Positions 1 to 11,141 of a DNA stretch of 64,000 nucleotides are shown here, piece after piece. The DNA comes from Orbicella franksi (Eukaryota): assembly GCA_964199315.1 (NCBI GenBank), contig OZ116698.1:9734001-9798000 (forward strand). Reading direction: 5' to 3'. The position numbers were made by a program, and so were the translations under genes. The notes under the pieces were generated by a model that was not told the origin of the DNA, ran no database searches, and saw only the letters and a program-made list of their open reading frames with translations. How positions within the stretch are numbered: the stretch's first letter is position 1; each line of letters opens with the position of its first letter.

Positions 1-1
1 A

Positions 2-874
2 TTAACGCCCCCCGGAAGCCCAACGAACGATCAGAACTCACCGATCGATGAGAAAGAATTGGCAGATAAGCTTGATCAGTTGAGGCGATTGCACGACCAT
101 CTTGATGGTGCAAGGGACCAGCACGTAGAAGACGATGACGAACGTTTAGAATTTCCAGTCAATACTAATACAGTAATAGAGTTCCCCGCGCAGGACGAAG
201 ATGAAGACGAGGAGAGCTTTAGGCGCTCCAGAGCAGCTTCCTTGCTTTTCTCTGTTCCTCATCGTCCGAGCGAAGTCAGCCCGTTGGTAGCTTCCTCTCT
301 TTCGGTTTTCTTCAAACGTAAAAGACAAGGACTCCCGATAGACAACGTCACTCCGCCGTCGGAAATAATCGGAGAAGACGAGGCGGACGACGACCTTGAA
401 GCGAATAGCAAACGAGTCTACCGACGACTGGTGTTCGATTTGACTGGCAGTTTACTCAAAGAACTCTTATCAGAGGAGGCGCCCTCTAACCGTCCATCGT
501 GGATGAAGGCAAAACCGCGGCGTAAACGTCGCTTACATCGCGGTCTACAACCTCTGGTCCATGAACAAGACTTTCTTCCCGTAGTGGAGCAGCAAGTGTT
601 GAATTTAATTGGCCTAGGCGACGCCAGACCCTCTCTGGAACGTGTCCGCCGTAAAACGCCGCTGAAGGCGGGGAAAAAGGATTTCGTCGACGCAATCTTG
701 ATTCAGGAACTTCGAGAAGACGAGCCGCTTTGGATTGATTACGATGACGATGAACTTGCTGTGAAGTTCCAAGTGGCGGACGCTATCTTTGAATCGCTCT
801 TGTCAGAGACTGTGATGGTGGTGAATGCTGTGCAGTTAAGACGTGAGGCCAGAGCTGATGTTGCGCGCAGCTAG
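2..874 (+). CDS. CEP350: Centrosome-associated protein 350, last coding exon (5'-partial; frame open from the window edge)
   Basis: The frame is open from position 2 to TAG at 872-874. The C-terminus DFVDAILIQELREDEPLWIDYDDDELAVKFQVADAIFESLLSET matches the CEP350 C-terminal motif (human, from memory: VDHILVQELHEEEAQWVNYDEDELCVKMQLADGIFETL). Confidence 0.88.
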   Translation, partial: LTPPGSPTNDQNSPIDEKELADKLDQLRRLHDHLDGARDQHVEDDDERLEFPVNTNTVIEFPAQDEDEDEESFRRSRAASLLFSVPHRPSEVSPLVASSLSVFFKRKRQGLPIDNVTPPSEIIGEDEADDDLEANSKRVYRRLVFDLTGSLLKELLSEEAPSNRPSWMKAKPRRKRRLHRGLQPLVHEQDFLPVVEQQVLNLIGLGDARPSLERVRRKTPLKAGKKDFVDAILIQELREDEPLWIDYDDDELAVKFQVADAIFESLLSETVMVVNAVQLRREARADVARS

Positions 875-1832
875 CAGTGTGTCTGGTCGTCTTATTTTAT
901 AATTAATCTACTGTTTTTCGGAAATGTGATAGGGCTTTTCCTACTGCAATACAGTGTCCTTTCCCTTTATGACCTCAACCGGAATATCAGTGGAACTCTT
1001 ATCAGCCAGTGACACCCAACTGGAGTATAACCTGTTTCCTGATGATAGCGTATTTTCCCTCTTTGCGTCCCTCTCTCTATAAGGGCACCTTCTAATAAAC
1101 CGCCTCTTCCGGTATATAAATATAGATGTAACCATCCTTTCTTTCACCCACTCAATATCTTATCCTCTTACCCAACGAAATGTCGGTTTTGTTTCAGATT
1201 TGGGGAGGGATGATGGTGTTTATGGTAACTGGTAATCAGTAGTACAGAACTCGGAAAAAAAAAAACGTTTTCAAAATAGTTTCTTGCTCAAATCATTCCA
1301 GTGACTCTTTAAACAATAGAGAATTCTAGCTCAAATTGGCAAAAGCTTTAATCAGAGTGTAGAAATTAAGGTGAGTGTTATTAAGATCTGCGGTTACTCT
1401 CACTTTACTGTCTAGCCCTTTTTGTCCTCTTGTTTAAATGTAACAAATTACCCAAAATATTTTTGTGCAGTGAAATTTTCCTGTAAATTTTCACGCGTTG
1501 GTTTGCAATTGTACGTATAAATTATGAATTATTTTGGCATCCTCGCGTGTCACGGCATTGTAATTAGAACTCGCTGTAATTGTAAATAGAGAGCTCCAAT
1601 TTTATTTTTATTTGAAGAATGTGAAATGTGTTCTTGGTGAATAAAACGTTTCACGTTGTTGGTTAAACGACTTCCCTGTTTGGTAATGTCGTTTTATGAC
1701 TGTGCATTCTTAAGTTATGTACTGTCTTTTACCATTTCAAAGCTTGTTTCTCTCCTCCAACCTGTTTTTGCACATTATCGTTTTTGTATCACTCACGAAC
1801 AACATTAGTCTCCGTTTACTTACCTCTGACAA

Positions 1833-2061
1833 GGGGCCCATTTCTCGAAGGTCCCGAAAAGCTTTCGCACCCGGAAAGCTATAGCAAAATCTCAAACCTT
1901 ATAATTCCGGACGCTGTTTTATTCACACATTCTTATTATGAACTGAGGTTCTCTTCATACAAGAAATTTCAGGCGTATACACCTGTTTTTAGATAGAGAT
2001 ATTAACTAAAAATGGCTTTGCGGGCGCGAAAAGTTTCCGGGACTTTCGAGAAACATGCCCC
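1833..2061. mobile_element. MITE with long terminal inverted repeats (PIF/Harbinger-like termini)
   Basis: GGGGCCCATTTCTCGAAGGTCCCGAAAAGCTTTCGCACCCG ... GCGGGCGCGAAAAGTTTCCGGGACTTTCGAGAAACATGCCCC; no ORF inside. Confidence 0.7.
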
Positions 2062-3176
2062 AAAACTAGATGCTTTGGAAAGGCTCAGCATTAGTTTTCT
2101 TGATTTGTTTGGGTGAAGTGACGACAAAGTTTGTGAGGGATTCTCGAAACGATGCTTCGTTACACCTCGTCAAATAAACTGAGAAGAAGTCCCTTTGGCC
2201 GATGATCCCAAAGACGGCTTGTCGACCAATCATTTTGCGAGTCACCTATCGATCCCAGAACTCCCGGAAGTTCCTAAACAGACCCCATGTTGCCGTGCGT
2301 CTGTCCAGTAGATCACAGATGACGTTAAAATGTGGTGAGAACAAAAAAGTGGCGCACGAGCTCGTTAGGCGTGTGTGTCACTGATGTTATTACCACATTT
2401 TGACGTCTTCTGTGATCTTTTGCCGAACAGACGCACGGCAGATTATAACTATAAAGAACGAATCAAAATGCGAGAATAATTCGACATGTATCAAACAAAT
2501 TTGATTGCACCTTTGTTAACGCTTGTGAGAAAATCAATCTACGCATGAAGAGTAACCCACATTCCCTGTTTGGCAATGACGTGATGGGAATGGTCACCCA
2601 AACTTTCGCACGTTGCGAGGAAATAAAAATATCACGTATGTTAACCACTGTAATCTCTTTGAGTCGTAACGCCACGAGGGAGAGGGGTTTGACGGAATTT
2701 GTGTTTAGGTCTGTCGCGCAGAAATTGGGGAGGGTTTAAGAATAATAAATCAAACGTTTGAAAACAAGGAAAGCAAGGTGCCGAAGGCAAGGAAAATTTC
2801 ACGATCGAGTGTAACCAGCTGACACATCTCCAGTCACGAGAGAGGAACAACTGAGTTTAGGATAAAAAAAAAAGTGCTAGTTCTGACGGCTTTAGCACAG
2901 CAAAAACAGAGCTCTGGGTAGTCACCTGCACGGTTTATTTTTCAAAATAATTTAAGGTTGACGATGACGATCTCGCAACACTAGTATGTCATCATTTTGA
3001 GTATTAAAATTAGTAAAGATGAGCTATTGATGTCACAGATAATGTGATCTTGCCCCAGGCAAATGCAGAGTGACAGCAACTGTGAAAATATCTGCTTGTC
3101 ACAACTAAGACTGTCCATTCTGGACTGATCGACTTCTTGAGTTCTCCTTGTACATGTCTCGTTCCTGATAGTTTTT

Positions 3177-5292
3177 CTAACTTGTGTCCATTTTCTCAGC
3201 CTCACTCTCCTTGCTTGCCTTTCCTTCTGATTTCTTACTGCTTTGCTGTTGTGGAACAACTGATGAGACGAAAAAAAAAGTATCAAAGTGTAATCTTTTT
3301 TTATGGCAGTATCCCCAAAGCCCTAATTCACAAGATCACTCATGCAGTCTCTTAAAGCTCATATATTTGTACCTTCCATTGTATTTTCCTCTTTTTGTTG
3401 TCTCTTAATCTGTTTCATGATAAGTCTCTTCTTTTTGGCTGATACAGAAGTGCCACCTTTCTGATTGGCCCTATTAAAGACAAAAAAGAAGGGATTAAGA
3501 GCACTCTCATATATAAGCTAGTTTGAGTTTTTACTTTGTGCCACTGTGAAGGGTATCATGTTTTCAAATAGACTACAAAAGGAAAAAGTATAGAAATTAA
3601 ACTTTTTGTCCACAAATGAACAAACAGGCATCATTTACCTGAAACTGGTCAGTGGCATGAATAATTCAGACTACAACATGAATTGCACCTCTAAGGAGCA
3701 TTGAATAGCATTGCTAAATGCAGCTGAACAAGGTCTGGGATTCAGCAAGGGTTTCAGAGTCTCAGCAGCACACACACAACCAAATACATATGTAAATGTT
3801 CATATGGTTGTTTTTTACTATTTTGTTGAACAGTTCTTTTGACTACATATGTACAATAGTTCAAGTGTTTACATGTGGTTCTCACCATTAACTTCTTTCA
3901 AGCAATCAAAAATTCTTAGAAAATTGACCTTGAGGGCAATCATTTCTACAAGGTTAAGATACCACTTGCAAAAGCATCTCTCTAAAAGAAGACCATGAAA
4001 ATCAAAGATGGCAAACACTGGTAAACAGAAGATTAGATATAAATAAACTTCAACTGGTTAGTTTCCCCTCCTTTCAGGAGTACAGTGAGTTAAGAGTTAC
4101 TGTTGAATTTTCATTTTTCTGTACATTGGTTTGTTACATTTCCCATGGACTGTGTCTCACAGACAAATTTTCAATTTCTTCCTGCTGCGATCACCAGTAG
4201 TAAATTTAAAACACTGTATGCTGTTTCATGTCTTCAATTCTGTATTTTTGCAACTGTTAACTGTCCTGTTCACAAGCTTCACAATTCCTCACACCTTTGT
4301 TTAGACGCTTTACTCTTCTGTAGCTGTTTCTTTTTCTGTGCTTTTTTCACTCTTGTCAGCTTGTTGAGGTTTTTCTGCAAAGCCTTTCAAAAAAACAACA
4401 CTGAACAGTTTTGATTTCAAACAAAAAAAGGCAATTAAGCCATAGTTCCTTGAATGGTTCTTATGCTCACGTCACTGACTTCCTCATGGGGTTGAGCCCC
4501 AAGGAAATTTCATAGAAATTTCACTACTTCATTGGGAAAATTCAAGATTATAAACAAATTTTTGTGTTCATCAAGGAATTAAGGGCAATGGGGCATTCCC
4601 ATTTTACTGTAGGCTGGATTCTAACAGCCTAGTTTTTTGTTCTTGGCACTTTGAAGTTTGCATCTGTGAGGTTTAAAATTTTGTCAGCTCCTCGGAAAAA
4701 CTTTTCCGACAGGCCCTGTTCCAAAGGTAGCCCTCCATATGGGGTTGGGGGGGACGGGGGTGTGGAAAAAAATGGACTATCCCAAAAGCAGTGGGGCAGT
4801 GGGATGACTGTGAAGGGGAATGGATATGTATTACAGCGGAGGATGCTTAGTATTAAAGTTTCTGCTACAACCCCAGAAAATCATAGCAACTTTCTCATTC
4901 ATTTAATTAATCCCCCTGGTCGGTCTACATGTAGGTTAAACCTACAGTGAACCCATTGATTTGTGCCTATTAAGCTTATGTGGTTGGTTTGTGGAGGGAA
5001 CTCCAGATTTCGATAGCAGACGATATCATGTTTTAGCGGTTACTATCGATTGCTTTTTCAATGATTGTATGTCGAGTACGTAGTGCCTTAAACAATGACC
5101 CTAAACCTCTTTTGACTGAAGTAATCTGCCCATAATAATTATGAACGACAAACGCAGCAACACGTGCACGCAAATGTGCCGTCACGCAACAACACAGAAT
5201 GTAACCAGAAATCTAGTACATTCTAATACAAAAACTACAATCAAAGGTTAATTTACCGTTTTTGGACGATTAAGAACGTTTCCCCCTGTCAT
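3177..5292 (-). CDS. C11orf98: C11orf98 / Alb1-like small basic pre-60S ribosome biogenesis factor, 101 aa, 4 exons
   Basis: Exons 5292-5257, 4383-4295, 3470-3373 and 3259-3177 are all GT-AG with phases 0/2/1 and sum to 306 nt. Protein: MTGGNVLNRPKTALQKNLNKLTRVKKAQKKKQLQKSKASKQRANQKGGTSVSAKKKRLIMKQIKRQQKEENTMEVVPQQQSSKKSEGKASKESEAEKMDTS. The NRPKT and S.KK...L..QI...QKE...MEV motifs resemble human C11orf98. Confidence 0.8.
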
Positions 5293-5505
5293 ATTTGGCG
5301 CCAGCTATCGAAATCTCTCATAAAATTGCCCAACAACCATCTACTTTATAGAGAGGACTATCGAGGAACTATCGAGAGTAAGTGTAACACATGAGCCTGC
5401 AATCCACCAGCTGAAAACCACACAACGCTAAATCGGTCATATAACAGCGAGATTAAACTACACGACAAATGGCGCCGGAGACATTTTGTAGAAGTGTTTT
5501 AATAA
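5293..5505. promoter_or_regulatory. Bidirectional promoter between the C11orf98-like gene and NIT1
   Basis: The divergent ATGs at 5292 (-) and 5506 (+) are 213 bp apart. The spacer is CpG-rich and has a YY1-like AAATGGCG near 5467. Confidence 0.7.
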
Positions 5506-8500
5506 ATGTTTTCTAGAGTAACCAGACACTTGGTCGATGCCTGGAAGTGTCAATTTAAACTTGGTTTAGAAGGTAAGTGCCGCGTGTTTTGTTGCCTGAA
5601 TTGGCGAAGATTTACCTCAATAAACGGACTGCTCATGGAAGACACTCCACAGAACACAGGCGAAGCTAGCGCTGCTCTTGTGGCAGTTTGTCAAATGAAC
5701 TCCACCAATGACGTGGATCGTAATCTAGGGATTTGTAAAGGTCTCGTGAAAAAGGCCAAGTCAAGAGGAGCTAAGGTAAGGTTTAGTATAAAATATTGGT
5801 TCGCGATCGTGTGATGAGCCTCGACATAATCACCTGTTTCCCGTCAACTGCACATTTTAGCGGTGGGGGGTGGGGAGAGAGTCCATATTTGGACGTGAAA
5901 GTATTCAGGATTGAATAGGAGAGAAAAGAGAGTCACTCCTCATTTTGTAAGAAAAAAAGACTGCTCATATTCCAAGAAAAAAAAACAGAAATAAACTATA
6001 GTTTCATTGCCTCTTAGGTTGTGTTTCTTCCTGAATGTTTTGACTACGTGGGTGAAAACCGCGGGCAGTCTGTATCCATGGCTGCTCCACTAGACAGTCC
6101 AAGAATGCAAGGTTTTTGTGAATTAGCAAAGGAACTTGGAATCTGGCTGTCTCTGGGAGGATATCACGAGAAGGTTTGCATTACTTTTTTATTTATCGAC
6201 AATCTTGCGTGTCTGGAGGAGTACAGTGTCCTACATGAAAATAATTGAAAGCTTTATGCCATTATAACACCTCAACATCTCATAAAGAAGTTGTCATCAT
6301 CACATTAAGAAGTGTAATTTTGTCATTCACATTTGACTATGGGGACACACAGGGTTCAGAAATTCCTGCTTCTATACTCTTTTCTATAGAGTCTTGGGTC
6401 ATTATTAATAAATAGTTTGTACCTAGTAAAAATATGACAATTTGCTGTATATTTCTGCCACTTCCTTTCTTTTCTCATTTCCACCCCCTGCCAACTCCCC
6501 TCCACCAACGTGAGTCAGTGGAACTAATATGCAGACTGTACACCATAACCATGGTGTAATGTCAACATCCAGTTCTTGTCTGATAATGGATTATGTAGCC
6601 TGTGATAGCATTGTTTTGTTTTTGTGGCCCTTGTTTCACACACCAAGGCAAAGCCATCAGGTTTTTTCTCAGTGTGTGTGATGAGCCAAAAAAAAAAAAG
6701 ATGCATTTACAGGCTATGAATTATGCTACCTGCCCCCCAGGCCCCAGTTGTTTGAAGATAGCTCTATCCACCAGATAAACCACTATCTAGTGCATACGTG
6801 TCAACAAAGCAAACCACGCTATCCGCTGGATAGTGATTTATCGATCATTTATCCACTGGATAGCATTAACCACCTTTCGAACAACCCAGGCCAGGAGGAA
6901 ACATTGTTTCTTTTTTTTTCTTGTGCAAAACAGGGTCCAGCAGATGATAACAGGTTGTACAACTCCCATGTCTTAATTGATGACAGTGGCTCCATTGTAG
7001 CAGTGTATCGCAAAGTACACCTGTTTGATATTGATGTAAAGGATGGACCCAAGCTTAAGGAGAGTGATGTGTGTATCCCTGGCAACCAGATAGTACCACC
7101 CATCCATACCCCTGTGGGGAATCTTGGTCTTGCAATTGTATCCTCTATACAAAATCGCCTGTCATGGTAACCTGGAAAATGTAGGATTTTTTACCAAAAT
7201 TTCTGGAAACATGAAGTAATAGAATAAGGAAATGGAATCAGCTGAGTGATATTTCATTGTATGCCAGACACTTCAGGTTAACAGTAACTAAAAATCTAGT
7301 TCCCGAGTAGACAGGTAAATGGGGACTGAAAGCATATAAGATGATTTTGTTAGAAATGATTTTTGCTCCTTAACTTGGTTGTGTTGATTCAGTGCTATGA
7401 TGTACGTTTCCCAGAGATGTCATTGGTTTTAGCTCAACAGGGAGCCCAGATATTGACTTTCCCATCAGCCTTTACTCAGATCACAGGATCAGCACATTGG
7501 GAGGTCTGTAAGCAATTTACCATTGCCTCATTTTTTTTCTTGTAATAATTCTTCTATCTAAACCGGTTGCCCCAAGAACCCACAATTCAACAACGCGTTG
7601 CATGAAGATTGAAGGCTTACGATAAAAAACGTGTCGCCTTGCTGTAGCTCTCATTTCCAGTCCTCTCTTCTTCAGTTAATGCCCGGGGAAAGGAGAGTCT
7701 TTTTGTTTAACATCTTTCCTCTATCTACAAGTAACTCTAAACTTACATAAGTTCGTCAAATTCTCTTGGACGCTTGGAATCAAAATGTAGAGCTGTTCAC
7801 CAAGGTATCAGTAATCAGTTAAAAGATAGTAAGGGCCATAGATCAACCGAAGCGGGAAATCTGGAGTTCCGATTAAGAACCAACGCTCGATTTGACGCCT
7901 GATATGTCCGCTCAGCAGACATATCCGGCGTCAAATCAAATTGGCTTCGGCCGACAAGGACCCAGAGAAAGAACTAGATTAGTTAGTCTTGAACTTTTGT
8001 TTTTTACAAATACTTGGGTAACTCTTTCTTTAGGTGTTGCTGAGATGTCGTGCTATAGAAAACCAGTGTTATGTGATCGCTGCTGCACAAACAGGACAAC
8101 ACAACGAAAAACGGCGATCATACGGTCATGCTATGGTATGTAATATGGGCTCAGTCAACTAGTTTTGTTTGATTTCTGAAATGAGCACGTTTGGTCATCG
8201 GTACTGTCTGTATGAAAATCATGAGAGACGCGTGAATCTGGGGTTCCTTTTAATATCTGTGATTCATCTCCCCTCACAGACGATTTTTTTTAGGTTAAAT
8301 TTTCATCCAAGACATCTCTCCGAGATGAGGCTATGTTTCAAGCAGTTTGGGTGCCAAAAGTTATTTCACGCTCTCCGAAGAGATCAGATGCACTGCTGGT
8401 TACCTGAATTAAAATGAAAAAGAAATGAAAATTGAGAATGAATCGCAATTATGCGGCAATCTTGAAATCTCTTATGTCAAGGCAGCGTCCACACCACGCC

Positions 8501-9191
8501 AGAGAAATTTGAAAACGAGGATTAATTTCTACGGTTAGGCCCACAGCCCACAGTAATCCGTCACGAAAACGAAGGTTCTCGTAAACGCTCTTCACACTGG
8601 AGGAATTTGAAAACGCCGGCTTTTCTTTTTCCTGTGGACGGAAAAGATTTTGAAAACTGAGCAGATCATAATAAGGTTTGAGGAAACCTCAGTCAGGGAA
8701 ATCATGTGATTTCCCTGACTGAGGTTTCCTCAAACACAAAATGACTGGTGATTGCTGCGTTTTTAAATTCCTCCGGCGTAGTGTGGACGGAAAACATTTG
8801 ATGCGTTTTCAGAGCGAAACATCCGTTTTCAAATTCCTCCGGCGTAGTGTGGATGCGGTAGTTCAATGGGGTCATCAACTGTGTCGGTGCTTAGGTCATA
8901 GAAAGTTCTTTTGCCCGAGTGTTTCAGTCAGGATGTCGTTTTTCTCGTAAGTACATATAACCGACCACAGACGACTGAAGTGCGGGCTCCTGTGACGGGG
9001 TGTTTTCGTTTGTCTTGTTGCAGATTGTGGATCCCTGGGGCAGTGTGATCGCTCAGTGTCGTGAAGGAAATGACGTGTGTGTAGCAGAAATCGATCTTGA
9101 TTACCTGAACAAGGTTCGCCAGCAGATGCCATGTATGAACCACAAGAGGAATGACCTGTATGGGAACTTAAAGTCATGTCCGAAACTTTGA
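5506..9191 (+). CDS. NIT1: Deaminated glutathione amidase (nitrilase-like 1), 6 exons
   Basis: Exons 5506-5775, 6018-6173, 6934-7137, 7393-7503, 8034-8135 and 9024-9191. Nitrilase triad motifs [13 protein letters not shown] and ICYDVRFPE are present, plus [26 protein letters not shown] and a CFDY/HWEVLL pattern typical of Nit1. Confidence 0.93.
6741..6891. mobile_element. Palindromic MITE (Harbinger-like), 3-bp CAG target duplication, in NIT1 intron 2
   Basis: GCCCCAGTTGTTTGAAG...CTTTCGAACAACCCAGGC, flanked by CAG on both sides, with internal TATCCA/TGGATA repeats. Confidence 0.7.
7138..7392 (+). other. U12-type (minor spliceosome) GT-AG intron, NIT1 intron 3
   Basis: The donor GTATCCTCT is one mismatch from the U12 consensus RTATCCTTT. 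A branch site TCCTTAAC lies at 7367-7374, about 19 nt before the AG, and there is no strong polypyrimidine tract. Confidence 0.85.
7833..7963. repeat. Imperfect palindrome (probable MITE) with a central 20-bp hairpin, NIT1 intron 4
   Basis: Arms 7889-7908 and 7918-7937 are 19/20 complementary around a 9-nt loop. The outer CCGAAGC/GCTTCGG also pair. Confidence 0.55.
8479..8860. mobile_element. Harbinger-like MITE in NIT1 intron 5 with an internal perfect 29-bp inverted repeat
   Basis: Termini GGCAGCGTCCACACCACGCCAGAGAAATTTGAAAACG / CGTTTTCAAATTCCTCCGGCGTAGTGTGGATGCGG. The subterminal AAATTCCTCCGGCGTAGTGTGGA occurs twice. Confidence 0.7.
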
Positions 9192-10083
9192 CAGAATGGT
9201 TCATTCGAGTAGGAGGGGGGAGACTTGGAGACGGGAGGTAGGGGGGGGGGGGGGTAGAGAACGCCAGCTGGTACGTTGCCGGGGACTTTGCCATTAAGAT
9301 AAGTATTTTTACTTAGATTTTTCGTCACACTGAAAGCAGTGGATGACTGCAGTTCCAAGTCTCAATCAGAAACCGCATCCGGCCAGGAGACAATAATAAC
9401 AAACAGCACTTTAACCAGTTTGTAACGTGGTTTAAAATGGGGTAAAGATAAAAATGTTGTCAAAGATAAAGAATAAATACACAATCACTAAACAGTAGCT
9501 TTACATCAACAGATAATGTAAGCTAGATAGAATTTTTTCCTTTTAATCGAAACAATTTACCTAATTTTAAAACGCCTCAAAAATATTTACTGTCATATTA
9601 TAAATCCAAATTGTGCCATAAATGCACTCGCATTTCTAAATAAAAGATATGTAAGTGGCCATTACTGTATGACTTTGAACCGTTCTCGTGTAGTATAATA
9701 AATTACATTTACAAGTGATAAAGTTTGTTGTCCAATTTTATACGTATGCTTACTTGTTTATCGAGTGACTTTTCCGTACATTCTCGTACGATGCACTCTT
9801 TATTAGTTACAATAAATTTAAGAGACTGTATATTTACATCAACATCCTATTCCACGCCCAGTTATAATATCTTATATTTAAATAGAACTCTGATTGCTTT
9901 AAATACTAACAATTTCTTTATCACGTCAGTTGACATTCCTAGCCTTTCAACGCGGGCGTTGTTTGAAGCAAGAAAACCTGCTGCTTTTGGGAAAACACCT
10001 GTTTGTTTTCCAACTATTTTGCGTTCAATTAAAAAGATTTCCGCCATATCCAGCCCCCTATATAAAATAAAGCATTAAATAAT

Positions 10084-10313
10084 TAGAGAGGAACCCACAC
10101 CAGCCCTAGCTGGTTTTCATGCGGGTGCTCTATCCTGGTCGAATTGGAATTTGGAGATGTTGGTTCTTATGGAGGGAGGAAACCCAGAGAAAACCCTTAA
10201 AGCAAGGCGAAGAACCAACAACAACAGTCAACCCACATATGGCACCAGGCCGGAATCGAACCCGGACCACATTGGTTGAAGGCGAGCGTTCTCACCACTG
10301 CGCCATCCCTGCT
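10084..10313 (-). mobile_element. tRNA-derived SINE (family 1)
   Basis: The minus strand begins AGCAGGGATGGCGCAGTGGTGAGAACGCTCGCC...GGGTTCGATTCCGGCC, with A box TGGCGCAGTGG and B box GGTTCGATTCC, followed by a non-tRNA body. Confidence 0.8.
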
Positions 10314-11141
10314 GCATCCCTACTTTGCTTATAAAGGAATGGTCGACATCATTTCTTCGCGGTTTGACTAAAACCTGTGTAGAGTAGAACTCGTGTGAAG
10401 AGGTTTTGGCCTAATCGCAGAGATGAGTGTATGACCATTGCTGTTACATTTTGTATCTATTCAAGTGGAATGAGTTCATTTGAATACTGTAATATGTTTC
10501 CTAATGGAGTCCTCTGAACGATATTTTTTTCCAGTGCAATCACCAGAAAAATAACCGGAGGTCAGAGTCTAGTGGTGGCTAGATGAGATACAACAACCTC
10601 AATCTTTTCTTTGCTCCAGATAGCGACTACAAGAATGACCGCGCACTTCCTCTTAACACTGATATTCCAAAGGTCATCTACACTCAAATATTGTAATATT
10701 GGACAATTTGAAAATCGATGCCAATTCCAAATGTTTTAAAGTTTCCCAACTCCCGTAAAGGATGAAATGGTTCTCTGAGGTGTCCCATTTAGCCTTGACT
10801 AGACTACACTTAACATGTATTTCGAGCTATTTCAACATTGTAGGTTATTTATCCGAATAGTTGTACTGTGTCTATGATACTAACAACAGCAGATTTCTCA
10901 GTTCATGTGGCCTGAAATATTAATCTTGTATTCATCTTTCAAAACAAAGTTTGGGTCCTAAAGGTTTAGGATCTTAGACATTTTATTGGAATTTATTGTA
11001 CCTGATGAATTTTTTTACCGCGTATAAATATTGATTAAAGATTAAAGAGAAGTCGAGAGGGCTGACACCCGAAGCCGCCTCTTTGAAATTCAGCCTAAAG
11101 AATAAGTTGATATAAATTACACATTTATGAGCTCGGCGTCG

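Noticed and set aside
3473-4294. Intronic snoRNA in the ribosome-biogenesis gene
   Set aside because: No C/D box pair or H/ACA architecture could be found on the host strand.
7889-7937. Pre-miRNA-like hairpin
   Set aside because: It is the centre of a larger imperfect palindrome typical of a MITE, and there is no expression evidence.
10240-10313. tRNA gene
   Set aside because: A and B boxes are present but there is no complete cloverleaf or acceptor stem, and it continues into a SINE body. The same applies to 55350-55425.
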